32,000 nucleotides of DNA from Pseudodesulfovibrio mercurii (GTDB taxonomy: Bacteria; Desulfobacterota; Desulfovibrionia; Desulfovibrionales; Desulfovibrionaceae): NCBI RefSeq assembly GCF_000189295.2, contig NC_016803.1:3720001-3752000 (forward strand). Reading direction: 5' to 3'. Under the pieces are notes generated by a model. That model saw nothing but the letters and a program-made list of their open reading frames with translations. It made no database searches and was not told the origin of the DNA. The position numbers and the translations under genes are program-made. The stretch's first letter is position 1. Each line of letters starts with the position of its first letter. This document shows positions 18,458-28,044 of this stretch, in pieces.

Positions 18458-19915
18458 ATGTCTGAACTGCATACGAAGACCCTTTCCGAGATCGCGGCCC
18501 TGCTCCAGGCGGGGGACGTGAAGGTTGTCGAGGTGGTCGAGCACTGCCTTGCGCGCATCGAGGCCACCGAGCCCAAGGTCAGGGCGCTGATCACGGTCAT
18601 GGGCGACGAGGCCCTGAAACAGGCCGAGGCCCTGGACGCGGCCGGGCCCGATCCGTCCAAGCCGCTGTGGGGCGTGCCCATGGTCCTCAAGGACCTGCTG
18701 ACCACCAAGGGCGTCCGGACCACCTGCGGGTCGAGGATTCTCGAGAATTTCGTGCCCTTCTACGACGCCACGGCCGTGGCCAGGTTGAAGGAGGCCGGGG
18801 CCGTGTTCATCGGCAAGGCCAACATGGACGAGTTCGCCATGGGCTCGTCCACCGAGAACTCCGCCTTTTTCATGACCGCCAACCCCTGGGACGTGGAACG
18901 CGTGCCCGGCGGGTCCTCGGGCGGTTCCGGAGCCACGGTGGCGGCGGGGCAGTGCTTCGGCGCGCTCGGCACCGACACCGGCGGGTCCATCCGCACCCCG
19001 TCGTCCTTCTGCGGCATCGTCGGTCTCAAGCCGACCTACGGGCGCATCTCCCGCTTCGGGCTCATCGCCTACGGCTCGTCGCTCGACCAGATCGGGCCCA
19101 TGACCCGGTCCGTGGAGGACGCCGCGCGTCTGCTCCAGGTCATGGCCGGGCACGATCCCAAGGACTCCACCTCCGTGGACGTCGAGGTCCCGGACTACCT
19201 GGCGGCCCTGGGCCGCGAGGACCTGAAGGGCGTGCGCATCGGCCTGCCCGAGGAGTACTGGGGCGAGGGGCTGGACGCCGAGGTCAAGGAGGCCTGCCGG
19301 GCCGCCGTGGCTGAGATGGAGAAGCTCGGGGCCGTGACCGTGCCGGTCAAGCTGGCCCTGACCGAATACGCCATCGCCACCTACTACATCATCGCCATGG
19401 CCGAGGCCTCGTCCAACCTGTCGCGGTTCGACGGCGTGCGCTTCGGCTACCGCAACAAGAAGGCCGAGGAGTTGATCGACATGTACACCGCCAGCCGTAC
19501 CGAAGGGTTCGGCGACGAGGTGCAGCGGCGCATCATCATGGGCACCTACGTCCTCTCCAGCGGCTACTACGACGCCTACTACAACAAGGCCGCCAAGGTC
19601 CGCCGCCTGCTGCGCCAGGATTTCGACAAGGCCTTCGAGCAGTGCGACCTGATCGCCGGCCCGGTCTGCCCTACCACGGCCTTCGTCACGGGCGACAAGG
19701 CCGACCCGCTGCAGATGTACCTCATGGACATCTTCACCATTTCAGCCAACCTGGCGGGCATCCCGGCCATGTCCCTGCCCGTTGGGCTCGGCAGGGACTC
19801 GCACATGCCGGTGGGCCTCCAGCTCATGGGCCCGGCCTTCTCCGAGCAGGCCATGCTCTCCGTGGCCGAACGGCTGGAGCGCGTCCTGCCGCCCCTGTCC
19901 ATGCCCGAACTGTAG
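18458..19915 (+). CDS. gatA: Asp/Glu-tRNA amidotransferase subunit A
   Basis: The 485-aa protein carries the amidase signature [14 protein letters not shown] and KDL..TKG..TTCGS. Confidence 0.96.
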   Translation: MSELHTKTLSEIAALLQAGDVKVVEVVEHCLARIEATEPKVRALITVMGDEALKQAEALDAAGPDPSKPLWGVPMVLKDLLTTKGVRTTCGSRILENFVPFYDATAVARLKEAGAVFIGKANMDEFAMGSSTENSAFFMTANPWDVERVPGGSSGGSGATVAAGQCFGALGTDTGGSIRTPSSFCGIVGLKPTYGRISRFGLIAYGSSLDQIGPMTRSVEDAARLLQVMAGHDPKDSTSVDVEVPDYLAALGREDLKGVRIGLPEEYWGEGLDAEVKEACRAAVAEMEKLGAVTVPVKLALTEYAIATYYIIAMAEASSNLSRFDGVRFGYRNKKAEELIDMYTASRTEGFGDEVQRRIIMGTYVLSSGYYDAYYNKAAKVRRLLRQDFDKAFEQCDLIAGPVCPTTAFVTGDKADPLQMYLMDIFTISANLAGIPAMSLPVGLGRDSHMPVGLQLMGPAFSEQAMLSVAERLERVLPPLSMPEL

Positions 19916-19932
19916 GGCTGTATCGCAACGCG

Positions 19933-19973
19933 AAAGCCGGTTGCCGACATCTGTCGGCAACCGGCTTTTTTTT
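19933..19973 (+). terminator. Rho-independent terminator after gatA
   Basis: A perfect 13-bp stem pairs GCCGGTTGCCGAC (19936-19948) with GTCGGCAACCGGC (19953-19965). The loop is ATCT and eight Ts follow. Confidence 0.92.
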
Positions 19974-20039
19974 ATTGGGTGAATTATTGGTTTCGGCTTG
20001 GGGCCAAGACCCTTGGCCCGGATTGGCGGCCTTTTTGCG

Positions 20040-21779
20040 TTACTTCATGTCGTAGGTGGTCGGCCCGTTGCGGTAGTCCGTCGCGTTCAGCCAGGAGGAC
20101 GGGTAGCCGATGGCCTTTGCGTCGCTGTCCGGCAGGTTGATGTAGCCGTCCGAGTACTTGGCGAACAGGGTGTGGGTCAGGTCCTTCCAGGTGGTGAGCA
20201 CCTTGGCGGCGGTCTTGTCGCCGAAGGCGGTGACCAGGCGGCGCTGTTCCTCCTCGGGCTTGTCCGCCACGGCCTTGTCCAGGGCCGGGAGGGCGGCCAG
20301 GGCCTCGGCCTCCAGGGCCTGTTGCGCGGGCTTGATGTCCACCTCGGTCATGCGCCGGAAGTTCAGGCGCGACCAGTTGGCCAGGAGGTCGAAGGCCCAC
20401 CAGGCCGAGGCCGGGTCGTACTGCTGCGGAGCGCCGGTCTGGTAGGACGCGGGCAACTGCGCGGCCTTGGCGAAGAACGGGGTGAAGACCGTGGTATAGG
20501 ACACGTCCGGGCCGAACCAGACCAGTCCCCTGGTCATGTCCGGACCCTTGGGCCGGGTCTGGCAGACGAAGGTGTAGCCCTGGTAGAAGACCGAGATGGC
20601 CCGCTCCCAGGCCCCGTGGAACTTCTTCTCCTTGTCCACGTTGTTCTGGTTGCCGTCGTAGGGCCCGACAAAGCGGTGCGGGTCGCCGTAGGGTCCGGCG
20701 GCCGTGCCCTTGGTCAGGTCGAACTGCGTGCCCTCGTAGTGGTCGCGGTAGAGGGAGAAGACGTCGGTCACGGCCAGCTTGTTTTTGGGCGGGATGGAGA
20801 ACGGGTAGTCGCGGGTGTAGGTGTCCCTGACCCACGGCGACAACCCCAGGTCCGGGTTGACCCGGTCCATGGCCCGCCAGACGCGCCGGAGCGAATAGTA
20901 GGGGTGGTTGTATTCGCCGGGGGAGACCGCGCGCAGCCAGTCCACGGGCCCCTGTTTGCTCTCGTCCCACCAGCCGAGCTTCTTCAGGCCGGGGATGAGC
21001 AGCCTGGAGTACCGGAAATTGGCCGGATCGTCCTTGACCACGTCGCGGATGCGGAAGGTGTTGGCGGCCACGAAGTATTCGCCGTCCGGCAAGCGCCGGG
21101 CCACCCAGGCCGAGTGGTACTTGGCGTCGGGCAGGGCGCACATCTCGAAGACCCAGGCCTCGTTCCCGTCGCCCACCAGCAGGGTCTCGCCCGTGGAGAA
21201 GAAGCCGTACTCGTCGATGAGCGCGCCCATGAGGTTCACGGCCTCGCTCGCGGTGGCGCAGTTCTCCAGGGCGATGCGCGACAGCTCCGAGCTGTAGAAG
21301 ATGCGCTGCGGCCGACCGTTTCCCTTGCGGCTGGGGCGCGGCTCGTAGTTGGCCCCGTTGGTGCACTCGCCCATCATCAGGTTCTTTTCGTTCATGATCC
21401 CGTAGTTGCCGTCGAAATAGGCGAACGAGGTCTCCTGTCTGCGGCCGAGCAGCTTCCAGATGCGTTCAAAGGGAATCCTGGCCAGATACGGGGTGGGCTC
21501 GAAGCCGGGGGTATCGTATCCCGGCCCCCGGTCGTCGGTGACGATGCGCGGGTAGCGGTAGGCGTCCGCGTATATCTTTCGTTCCCCCACCTGCTTTTTG
21601 GCGGGGACGTAGATGATCCGCTGGTCGCCCAGCTCGTCGTCGTCCGAGTGCGCGACCAGCATGGACCCGTCCGCGCTGGCGCCGGGTGTGACGATCATGG
21701 TGGTGCAGGCCGGGGCCTGGGGAACCGCGAACAGGACGGCCAGGCAAAAGGCCGCGACCGGAAGAATGGGGAATTTCAT
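20040..21779 (-). CDS. Secreted C69-family dipeptidase
   Basis: The signal peptide MKFPILPVAAFCLAVLFAVPQAPA is followed directly by CTTMIV, the N-terminal nucleophile Cys of C69/PepD-type dipeptidases. The 40-codon upstream extension in the ORF track is rejected. Confidence 0.85.
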   Translation of the reverse strand: MKFPILPVAAFCLAVLFAVPQAPACTTMIVTPGASADGSMLVAHSDDDELGDQRIIYVPAKKQVGERKIYADAYRYPRIVTDDRGPGYDTPGFEPTPYLARIPFERIWKLLGRRQETSFAYFDGNYGIMNEKNLMMGECTNGANYEPRPSRKGNGRPQRIFYSSELSRIALENCATASEAVNLMGALIDEYGFFSTGETLLVGDGNEAWVFEMCALPDAKYHSAWVARRLPDGEYFVAANTFRIRDVVKDDPANFRYSRLLIPGLKKLGWWDESKQGPVDWLRAVSPGEYNHPYYSLRRVWRAMDRVNPDLGLSPWVRDTYTRDYPFSIPPKNKLAVTDVFSLYRDHYEGTQFDLTKGTAAGPYGDPHRFVGPYDGNQNNVDKEKKFHGAWERAISVFYQGYTFVCQTRPKGPDMTRGLVWFGPDVSYTTVFTPFFAKAAQLPASYQTGAPQQYDPASAWWAFDLLANWSRLNFRRMTEVDIKPAQQALEAEALAALPALDKAVADKPEEEQRRLVTAFGDKTAAKVLTTWKDLTHTLFAKYSDGYINLPDSDAKAIGYPSSWLNATDYRNGPTTYDMK

Positions 21780-21845
21780 GCAGGGCTCCTTGATGACGTT
21801 CCGAAACGGAGGCGAGCATAGCATGCCGCCGGCGGGCCGCAACAG

Positions 21846-21851
21846 TATAAT
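21846..21851 (+). promoter_or_regulatory. Perfect TATAAT hexamer, a candidate -10 for mnmA
   Basis: It is the only consensus -10 in the 134-bp divergent intergenic region and lies about 60 nt upstream of mnmA. The -35 is poor. Confidence 0.3.
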
Positions 21852-21913
21852 ATCTTCCCATTTTTCGCTCAGTCTCGTAGGATGCGGCACATGACGCACA
21901 GGGGAGAATGTCG

Positions 21914-22951
21914 ATGACCATCGCCGTGGCCGTTTCGGGCGGCATGGACAGCCTGCTGGCCCTTGCCCTGCTCAAGGAGCGGGGCGAACCGCTGCTGGCC
22001 GTGCACGGCCATTTCCTGCCGCCGTCCCCGGCCTGGGAGACGGTCACGACCGGGCTGGCCGGGGCGTGCGCCGTGCTCGGCGTGCCGTTCCACGCGCTGG
22101 ACCTGCACGCGTCCTTCGACGACCGGGTCATCAAACCGTTCGTGGCAGAGTACAAGGCCGGGCTGACGCCCAACCCGTGCGCCATGTGCAACCCGCGCAT
22201 GAAGTTCGGGGTGCTCTTCGACGCGGCCCGCAACCTCGGGGCGGAACGGCTGGCCACCGGGCACTACGTCAGCATGGAGGACCGGGCGCAGGGGCGGATG
22301 CTCGTGCGCGGCGCGGACCAGTCCAAGGACCAGAGCTATTTCCTGTCCATGGTCCCGGTGGAGAAGCTGCGCCTGGCCGAGTTCCCCCTGGCACGGACCC
22401 TCAAGCGGGACGTGCCCGCCGTGCTCGCGGCCCACGGCCTGACCCCGCCGCTCAAGGCCGAGAGCCAGGAGATCTGCTTCGTGCCGGACGACGACTACCA
22501 GCACTTCCTGACCTCGCGCGGGGACATGCCCGGTCCGGGGCCCGCGGTTCTGCCGGACGGGCGGGTCGTCGGCGGGCACCAGGGGCTGTGGCGGCACACC
22601 CAGGGCCAGCGGCGCGGCCTGGGCATCGCCTGGTCCGAGCCCCTGTACGTGCTCGAGAAGGACGTGCCCGGCAACACCCTGATCGTGGGCCCGAAGGAGT
22701 TTCTGGCGGCCAAGGGGTGCGTGGCCGGACAGGTCAACCTCATGTGTCCGGTGGAGTCCTGGCCCGGGACCGTGCTGGTCCAGACCCGCTACCGCCAGAA
22801 GGCCAAGCCCGCAAGGGTGCGGCTGACCGGCGGCAGGCTGTATTTTGATTTCCTGGAGCCGCACACGCGGCCCACGCCCGGCCAGGTGGCGGCGGTCTAC
22901 GACGAGTCGGGGACCGTGCTCGGCGGCGGGGTCATCGAGAAGGCGTTGTAG
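21914..22951 (+). CDS. mnmA: tRNA 2-thiouridine(34) synthase MnmA
   Basis: It shows the PP-loop SGGMDS, NPCAMCN..KFG, ATGHY and KDQSYFL. GGGGAG lies 7 nt upstream of the ATG at 21914. An alternative ATG lies at 21908. Confidence 0.92.
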   Translation: MTIAVAVSGGMDSLLALALLKERGEPLLAVHGHFLPPSPAWETVTTGLAGACAVLGVPFHALDLHASFDDRVIKPFVAEYKAGLTPNPCAMCNPRMKFGVLFDAARNLGAERLATGHYVSMEDRAQGRMLVRGADQSKDQSYFLSMVPVEKLRLAEFPLARTLKRDVPAVLAAHGLTPPLKAESQEICFVPDDDYQHFLTSRGDMPGPGPAVLPDGRVVGGHQGLWRHTQGQRRGLGIAWSEPLYVLEKDVPGNTLIVGPKEFLAAKGCVAGQVNLMCPVESWPGTVLVQTRYRQKAKPARVRLTGGRLYFDFLEPHTRPTPGQVAAVYDESGTVLGGGVIEKAL

Positions 22952-23569
22952 CTACCAGGTGTCGCGGCGCATCTCCATCCGTTCGCGCAGGTCCTGATCG
23001 AACCCCTCGCGCCGCTCCTTGTTCATGGTCTTGTGGATCTTCTCGGCGGTCAGTTCCGGCTTCTTCTCCAGGTAGGCGGCCATGCGCTGGACCGCGCTGG
23101 TGGCCCGGTAGTAAAGGGGTTCCCGGTAGGTCTTGAGCAGGCCGAAGCCCGTCTCGCGTTCGCCCTGGTAGATGAGCGTCAGGCCGAGATAGTAGGTGGA
23201 GTCGGGCAGGTCCGGGTATTTTTCGAGGGTGTCGGTGAAGATTTTGCGGGCCGCATCCAAATTTCCGTCGTTCAACTGCTTGATTCCTGCCTTGTTGTTG
23301 AGATAGGCCTCGTTCGGGCCGTTGTTCAGGAAGTCGCCGTAGGTGTTCAGGGCGACCCCGAACCCGCCCGCGCCCACGCCCACCGAGGTCGTGCCCGCGC
23401 CCATGCCCACGCCCACGCGGGTGCCGCCGTTGTTGCCCACGCCCACGCCCACCCCGAGGGTGTTCACGCAGGCCGCCAGCAGCAGGCAGGCCAGCAGGGC
23501 GGCCAGGCGGCCGACCAGGGAGGAGGACGCGGTGCCGGATCGGCGATGGGCGGGAATCGTTTGCTTCAT
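22952..23569 (-). CDS. Lipoprotein with a Gly/Val-rich low-complexity linker and a TPR-like C-terminal domain
   Basis: The lipobox is LLLAAC. A (GV)n-rich stretch is followed by a helical-repeat region (DAARKIFTDTLEKYPDLPDSTYYLGLTLIYQG). GAGGTGG lies upstream of the ATG at 23569. Confidence 0.7.
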   Translation of the reverse strand: MKQTIPAHRRSGTASSSLVGRLAALLACLLLAACVNTLGVGVGVGNNGGTRVGVGMGAGTTSVGVGAGGFGVALNTYGDFLNNGPNEAYLNNKAGIKQLNDGNLDAARKIFTDTLEKYPDLPDSTYYLGLTLIYQGERETGFGLLKTYREPLYYRATSAVQRMAAYLEKKPELTAEKIHKTMNKERREGFDQDLRERMEMRRDTW

Positions 23570-23630
23570 GGGGACCACCTCGGCTAGTGTGGATGAACTT
23601 TTTTTACGAACCGGACAGATATATTCTAGC

Positions 23631-24980
23631 ATGACAACCTTTCACACCGCCACCCTGGGCTGCAAGATAAACCAGTACGAGACCCGGTCCATCGCCGAGG
23701 CCTGGACCGGCCGGTCCGCCGTGGAGGTGGACGACCCGCGCGCGGCGGACCTGATCCTGGTCAACTCCTGCGCCGTGACCGCCAACGCCGTGGCCGACCT
23801 GCGCCAGGCCGTGCGCCGCTTCCACCGCGACAACCCCGAGGCGGGGATCATCGTCACCGGGTGCGCGGCCCAGGTCATGCCCGAGGAGCTGGCCCAACTG
23901 CCCGGCGTGGTCCGGGTGGTCTCCCAGGCGGACAAGGCGCGGCTCCTGGACGGTCCGGGATTGGACGGTCCGGGTTTGGGCAGCCTCGAAGCGAGCCCCA
24001 ATTTGGACGGGAACGTGCCGGACAAGGCCGAAGGGGTCCGGTTCGCGCCCTTTTCCATCACCGGCTACGGCCGGGCCCGGGCCGTGGTCAAGGTCCAGGA
24101 CGGCTGCTCCCATTTCTGCACCTACTGCATCGTGCCCCTGACGCGCGGCCGGTCCGTGAGCCGCGATCCGGCCGAGGTGGAGGGCGAGGTGGCCCGTCTG
24201 CTCGGGGCGGGCTTCCGCGAGTTCATCCTGAGCGGCATCAACCTGCGCCACTTCGGGCGCGACCTGCCCGGCAAACCGGATTTCTGGGACCTGGTGGCCC
24301 GCCTGGAAACGAACTTCGCCCCGGAGTGGACCGGGCGGGCGCGGCTGCGCATCTCGTCCGTGGAGCCGGGCCAGCTGACCGACAAGGCGCTGGACGTTCT
24401 CGGCGCGTCCCGGCTGGTCTGCCCGCAGCTGCATCTCTCCCTGCAAAGCGGGGACCCGGACGTGCTCAAGGCCATGGGGCGCGGCCACTATTCGCCGCAG
24501 TCCGCCGTGGACTTCATGGACCGGCTTAAGGCATTCTGGCCGGTCATGGGCCTGGGCGCGGACCTGATCACCGGCTTCCCCGGCGAGACCGAGGAACGGT
24601 TCGAGCACACCCTGGACCTGTGCCGGGCCCTGCCTCTGACCTACGGCCACGTCTTTCCCTATTCCGAGCGGCCCGGCACCCGCGCCGTGGACCTGCCCGG
24701 CGCGGTGGACGTGCCGGTGCGCAAGGAGCGCGCCGCCCGGCTGCGCAAGCTCGTGGGCCGGAAAAAGGCGGCCTTTCTCAAGACGCTTCTGGACCTGCCG
24801 CATCTGGACGTGCTCGTCCAGGACGCACGCGGGCGAGGGGTGTCCGAGTACTATGCGGCCTGCCGGTTCGAGACCCCGCCGGACGCCCCGCCGCGTTCCC
24901 TGGTCAGGGCGCGCCCCCTGCGCGTGGACAAGGGCGTGGTCGTGGTCGGGCCCTTTGGGCCGGAGGAGGCCGAGGCATGA
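23631..24980 (+). CDS. mtaB: Radical-SAM methylthiotransferase, MtaB-like (ms2t6A37 tRNA modification)
   Basis: The N-terminal FHTATLGCKINQYET matches the MtaB pattern HTLGCKVNxYET. The radical-SAM motif is CSHFCTYC, and a TRAM-like C-terminus is present. The upstream 96 codons of ORF 23343.. run antisense to the lipoprotein gene and are rejected. Confidence 0.8.
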   Translation: MTTFHTATLGCKINQYETRSIAEAWTGRSAVEVDDPRAADLILVNSCAVTANAVADLRQAVRRFHRDNPEAGIIVTGCAAQVMPEELAQLPGVVRVVSQADKARLLDGPGLDGPGLGSLEASPNLDGNVPDKAEGVRFAPFSITGYGRARAVVKVQDGCSHFCTYCIVPLTRGRSVSRDPAEVEGEVARLLGAGFREFILSGINLRHFGRDLPGKPDFWDLVARLETNFAPEWTGRARLRISSVEPGQLTDKALDVLGASRLVCPQLHLSLQSGDPDVLKAMGRGHYSPQSAVDFMDRLKAFWPVMGLGADLITGFPGETEERFEHTLDLCRALPLTYGHVFPYSERPGTRAVDLPGAVDVPVRKERAARLRKLVGRKKAAFLKTLLDLPHLDVLVQDARGRGVSEYYAACRFETPPDAPPRSLVRARPLRVDKGVVVVGPFGPEEAEA

Positions 24981-25510
24981 GCACGCCCCGCACCCCGGAC
25001 CCCGGCATGCTGGTCATCTCCGTGCTGAGCGCGGACTGGGACGCGTTCTGGCCCGAGGTCCAGGCCGTCCTGACCGAGCGGTTCGGCCCGTTCCAGGCCT
25101 CGGAGCCGTTCCCCTTCGTGGAGACCGACTACTACGACGAGGAGCTGGGCGCGCCCATCACCCGGCGGCTGCTGGCCTTCGACGAACTGCGTCCCCTGGA
25201 TGAGCTGGCCGACGTCAAGCTGTGGACCAACGGGCTGGAGCGACGCTTCGCCCGGGACGGGCGGCGGCTCTTCAACCTGGACCCCGGCTTCCTGACCCAG
25301 CAGTCCCTGGTCCTGGCCACGGGCAAGAATTTTTCCCACCGGGTCTATCTCAAGGACGGCATCTGGGCGGACCTGACGCTCATGTGGCAGCGCAAGCACT
25401 GGGTGGATTTTCCCTGGACCTTCCCGGACTATGCCGGGGAGGCCATGAAAACGCGGCTGACAAAGCTGCGCCTGTCGTATAAAACCATGCTCAGCAAGCC
25501 GCAAACGTGA
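24977..25510 (+). CDS. DUF4416-family protein (uncharacterised)
   Basis: At 177 aa, its ATG overlaps the mtaB stop (ATGA). The blocks ETDYYDEELG, LKLWTNGLE, FNLDPGFL, LVLATGKNFSHRVYL match my recollection of DUF4416. That family assignment is unverified. Confidence 0.7.
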   Translation: MSTPRTPDPGMLVISVLSADWDAFWPEVQAVLTERFGPFQASEPFPFVETDYYDEELGAPITRRLLAFDELRPLDELADVKLWTNGLERRFARDGRRLFNLDPGFLTQQSLVLATGKNFSHRVYLKDGIWADLTLMWQRKHWVDFPWTFPDYAGEAMKTRLTKLRLSYKTMLSKPQT

Positions 25511-25553
25511 TTCTTTCGCACAACACGCGGCTTACAACCACAAGGAAAAACAT

Positions 25554-26435
25554 ATGCCTGTAAGCATGACCGGCTTCGGCCGGTCCGAGACCAATGCCCA
25601 CGCCTGGACGCACGTCTGGGAGATCAAGAGCGTCAATGGCCGTTTTCTGGACGTGAAGTGGCGCATCCCCGGCTCCCTGCGCTCCCTGGAGAACGGCTGG
25701 GAGCGCGTCGTCCGCACCTACGCCTCGCGCGGCCGTGTGGATGTCTCCCTGAACCTCGAGGTCCTGGACGCCGAGGTGCTCGGCGTGTCCTTCAACGAGA
25801 CCATGGCCACGGCCATGATCCGTCAGATGGAGAAGCTGGCCGAGAGGCGGCAGGAGATTTTCAATCCGGACTACAACCGGCTCCTGGCCATGCCGTCCCT
25901 GTGGCGGGACAACTCCAACGAGCCCGACCCCGGCCTGACCGAAAGCCTGAACAAGGGGCTCGAAGCCGCCCTGGCCGATTGGGTGAACGCCCGGGCCCGC
26001 GAGGGCGAGGCCCTGGTGGCAGACCTCACGGCCCGCTTCGCCACCCTGCGCGGCCTGGCCGACAAGGTCCGCGAGCGCGTGCCCGACATCCTCGAGGCCA
26101 AGAAGGCGGGGCTTCGGCAGCGCATCACCGACATGCTGGACTCGGCCAATGTCGAGTTCTCCGAGGACCGCATGCTCCAGGAGGTGGCCTACCTCACGGA
26201 CAAGCTCGACGTGTCCGAGGAGCTGACCCGGCTGGACGCCCACCTGGACCGGCTGGCCGAGGTCCTGGCCGACAAGGACGACGTGGGCAAGAAGCTGGAC
26301 TTCCTGGTCCAGGAGACCTTCCGCGAGATCAACACCTGCGGCAACAAGGCCCAGGACACCGAGGTCAGCCGGTTGGTGGTGGATTTCAAGGCGGAGCTGG
26401 AACGCTGCCGCGAACAGGTGCAAAACATCGAGTAG
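25554..26435 (+). CDS. yicC: YicC/YloC-family stress-induced protein (endoribonuclease family)
   Basis: The N-terminal SMTGFGR, the C-terminal LDFLVQETFREINTCGNKA, and the 293-aa length fit the family. Confidence 0.9.
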   Translation: MPVSMTGFGRSETNAHAWTHVWEIKSVNGRFLDVKWRIPGSLRSLENGWERVVRTYASRGRVDVSLNLEVLDAEVLGVSFNETMATAMIRQMEKLAERRQEIFNPDYNRLLAMPSLWRDNSNEPDPGLTESLNKGLEAALADWVNARAREGEALVADLTARFATLRGLADKVRERVPDILEAKKAGLRQRITDMLDSANVEFSEDRMLQEVAYLTDKLDVSEELTRLDAHLDRLAEVLADKDDVGKKLDFLVQETFREINTCGNKAQDTEVSRLVVDFKAELERCREQVQNIE

Positions 26436-26441
26436 GTGGCC

Positions 26442-26696
26442 ATGCAGAAACAGGGATTACTCAACGTCGGCTTCGGCAACTTCGTGGTCCTCGACCGGGT
26501 CGTGTCCATCGTCAACCCGTCCAGCGCGCCCATGCGGCGGCTGCGCGAGGACGCCCGCGCCGAGGGGCGGCTCATCGACGCCACCCAGGGCCGCAAGACC
26601 AGGGCGATCATCGTCACCGACTCCAACCACGTTGTCCTGTCTGCCATCCAGGCCGAGACCATCGGGCAGCGGTTCAGCGCGGACGAGGGGGAATAG
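26442..26696 (+). CDS. remA: DUF370/RemA-family protein
   Basis: [10 protein letters not shown]...[12 protein letters not shown]....[29 protein letters not shown] is a close match to the RemA/YlzA pattern. An alternative GTG start lies at 26436. Confidence 0.88.
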   Translation: MQKQGLLNVGFGNFVVLDRVVSIVNPSSAPMRRLREDARAEGRLIDATQGRKTRAIIVTDSNHVVLSAIQAETIGQRFSADEGE

Positions 26697-27338
26697 GTGA
26701 CCTTTGACGATCACAAATTCCGGCTGGGCCAGGTCCTGGTGGTCTGTGCGCCCAGCGGCACGGGCAAGAGCACACTGATCGCCATGCTGCGCGAGGAATA
26801 CCCGGACTTCGGCTTCTCCATCTCCTACACCACCCGCGCCCCGCGCGGCGTCGAGCAGGACGGCCGGGAGTACCACTTCGTCTCCCGCGAGACCTTCGTG
26901 GCCATGCGCAGCCGGGGGGCCTTCTGCGAGTGGGCCGAGGTCCACGGCAATTTCTACGGCACGGCCACCAAGCCGGTGGAGGAGATGCTTCACCGGGGGC
27001 AGGACGTGCTCTTCGACATCGACGTGCAGGGCGCCAAGCAGCTCAAGAAGACCTTCTACAAGGGGACCTTCGTGTTCCTGCTCCCGCCGTCGCGCGAGGA
27101 GCTGGTCCGCCGTCTCAAGGGGCGCGGCACGGACTCCGAGGAGTCCATCGCCAAACGGCTGACCAATGCCTCGGGCGAGCTGGCCCAGGCCGAGTGGTTC
27201 GACTACTGGGTGGTCAACGACGACCTCGCCGAGGCCTACGACGAACTCAAGGCCGTGTACCTGGCCGGACGGTGCAAGCCGTCGCTGAGGCCCGGTATCC
27301 TCGACAACATCATGCAGACCTGGAAGAACAATGGCTGA
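26697..27338 (+). CDS. gmk: Guanylate kinase
   Basis: It shows the P-loop [10 protein letters not shown], plus [17 protein letters not shown] and [12 protein letters not shown]. The start is a GTG directly after the remA stop. Confidence 0.93.
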   Translation: MTFDDHKFRLGQVLVVCAPSGTGKSTLIAMLREEYPDFGFSISYTTRAPRGVEQDGREYHFVSRETFVAMRSRGAFCEWAEVHGNFYGTATKPVEEMLHRGQDVLFDIDVQGAKQLKKTFYKGTFVFLLPPSREELVRRLKGRGTDSEESIAKRLTNASGELAQAEWFDYWVVNDDLAEAYDELKAVYLAGRCKPSLRPGILDNIMQTWKNNG

Positions 27339-28035
27339 ACTCGTCGTCGCACTGGATTTCAAGGACGCGGCCTCGGCCCTGTCCACGGCCCGGACCCTTC
27401 GCGGCGCGGCCCCGTGGATGAAGGTCGGCCTGGAACTGTTCACGGCCGAAGGCCCCAAAATGATCGCCGGTCTCAAGGACATGGGCTTCAAGGTCTTCCT
27501 GGACCTGAAATTCTTCGACATTCCCAATACGGTGCAGGGCGCGGTGCGCTCGGCGGCCCGGCTGGGCGTGGACATGGTCAACATCCACGCCCTGGGCGGG
27601 CAGCGCATGGCCGAGGCGGCCATGGCGGGGTGCCTTGAGGGCGCTTTGCCCGGTCAGGAGCCGCCCCTGGTCCTGGCCGTGACCATGCTGACCAGCATGG
27701 CGGCGGGCGACCTGCCCGTCCCGGGCGCGCCCGGCCCCTCGGAGATGGCCCTTGACCTGGCTGTGAAAGCCAAGCAATATGGCTTAAATGGCGTGGTCTG
27801 CTCGGGCCTGGAGGTGGAGCGGATCAAGGCGTCCTGCGGGAGCGCGTTCGCCTGTCTGACCCCCGGCATCCGGCCGGCCGCAAGCGAGGCCGGGGACCAG
27901 CGGCGGGTGGTCACGCCCGCGCAGGCGGTGCGCAGCGGGTCGGATTTCCTGGTGGTGGGCAGGCCGATCACCGGGGCCGAACGGCCCGAAGAAGCGGCCC
28001 GGGCAATCATCGAGGAGATGAACCGGGCCCGATAG
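27331..28035 (+). CDS. pyrF: Orotidine-5'-phosphate decarboxylase
   Basis: It shows [27 protein letters not shown] and VVGRPIT. It overlaps the gmk 3' end by 8 nt. Confidence 0.94.
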   Translation: MAELVVALDFKDAASALSTARTLRGAAPWMKVGLELFTAEGPKMIAGLKDMGFKVFLDLKFFDIPNTVQGAVRSAARLGVDMVNIHALGGQRMAEAAMAGCLEGALPGQEPPLVLAVTMLTSMAAGDLPVPGAPGPSEMALDLAVKAKQYGLNGVVCSGLEVERIKASCGSAFACLTPGIRPAASEAGDQRRVVTPAQAVRSGSDFLVVGRPITGAERPEEAARAIIEEMNRAR

Positions 28036-28044
28036 GAGCGTTGG

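Noticed and set aside
19994-20012. A second hairpin, GGGCCAAG-ACC-CTTGGCCC, between gatA and the convergent C69 dipeptidase gene, considered as that gene's terminator.
   Set aside because: It is a perfect 8-bp stem, but neither strand has a following U-tract. It may aid termination or stability, but I cannot call it an intrinsic terminator with confidence.
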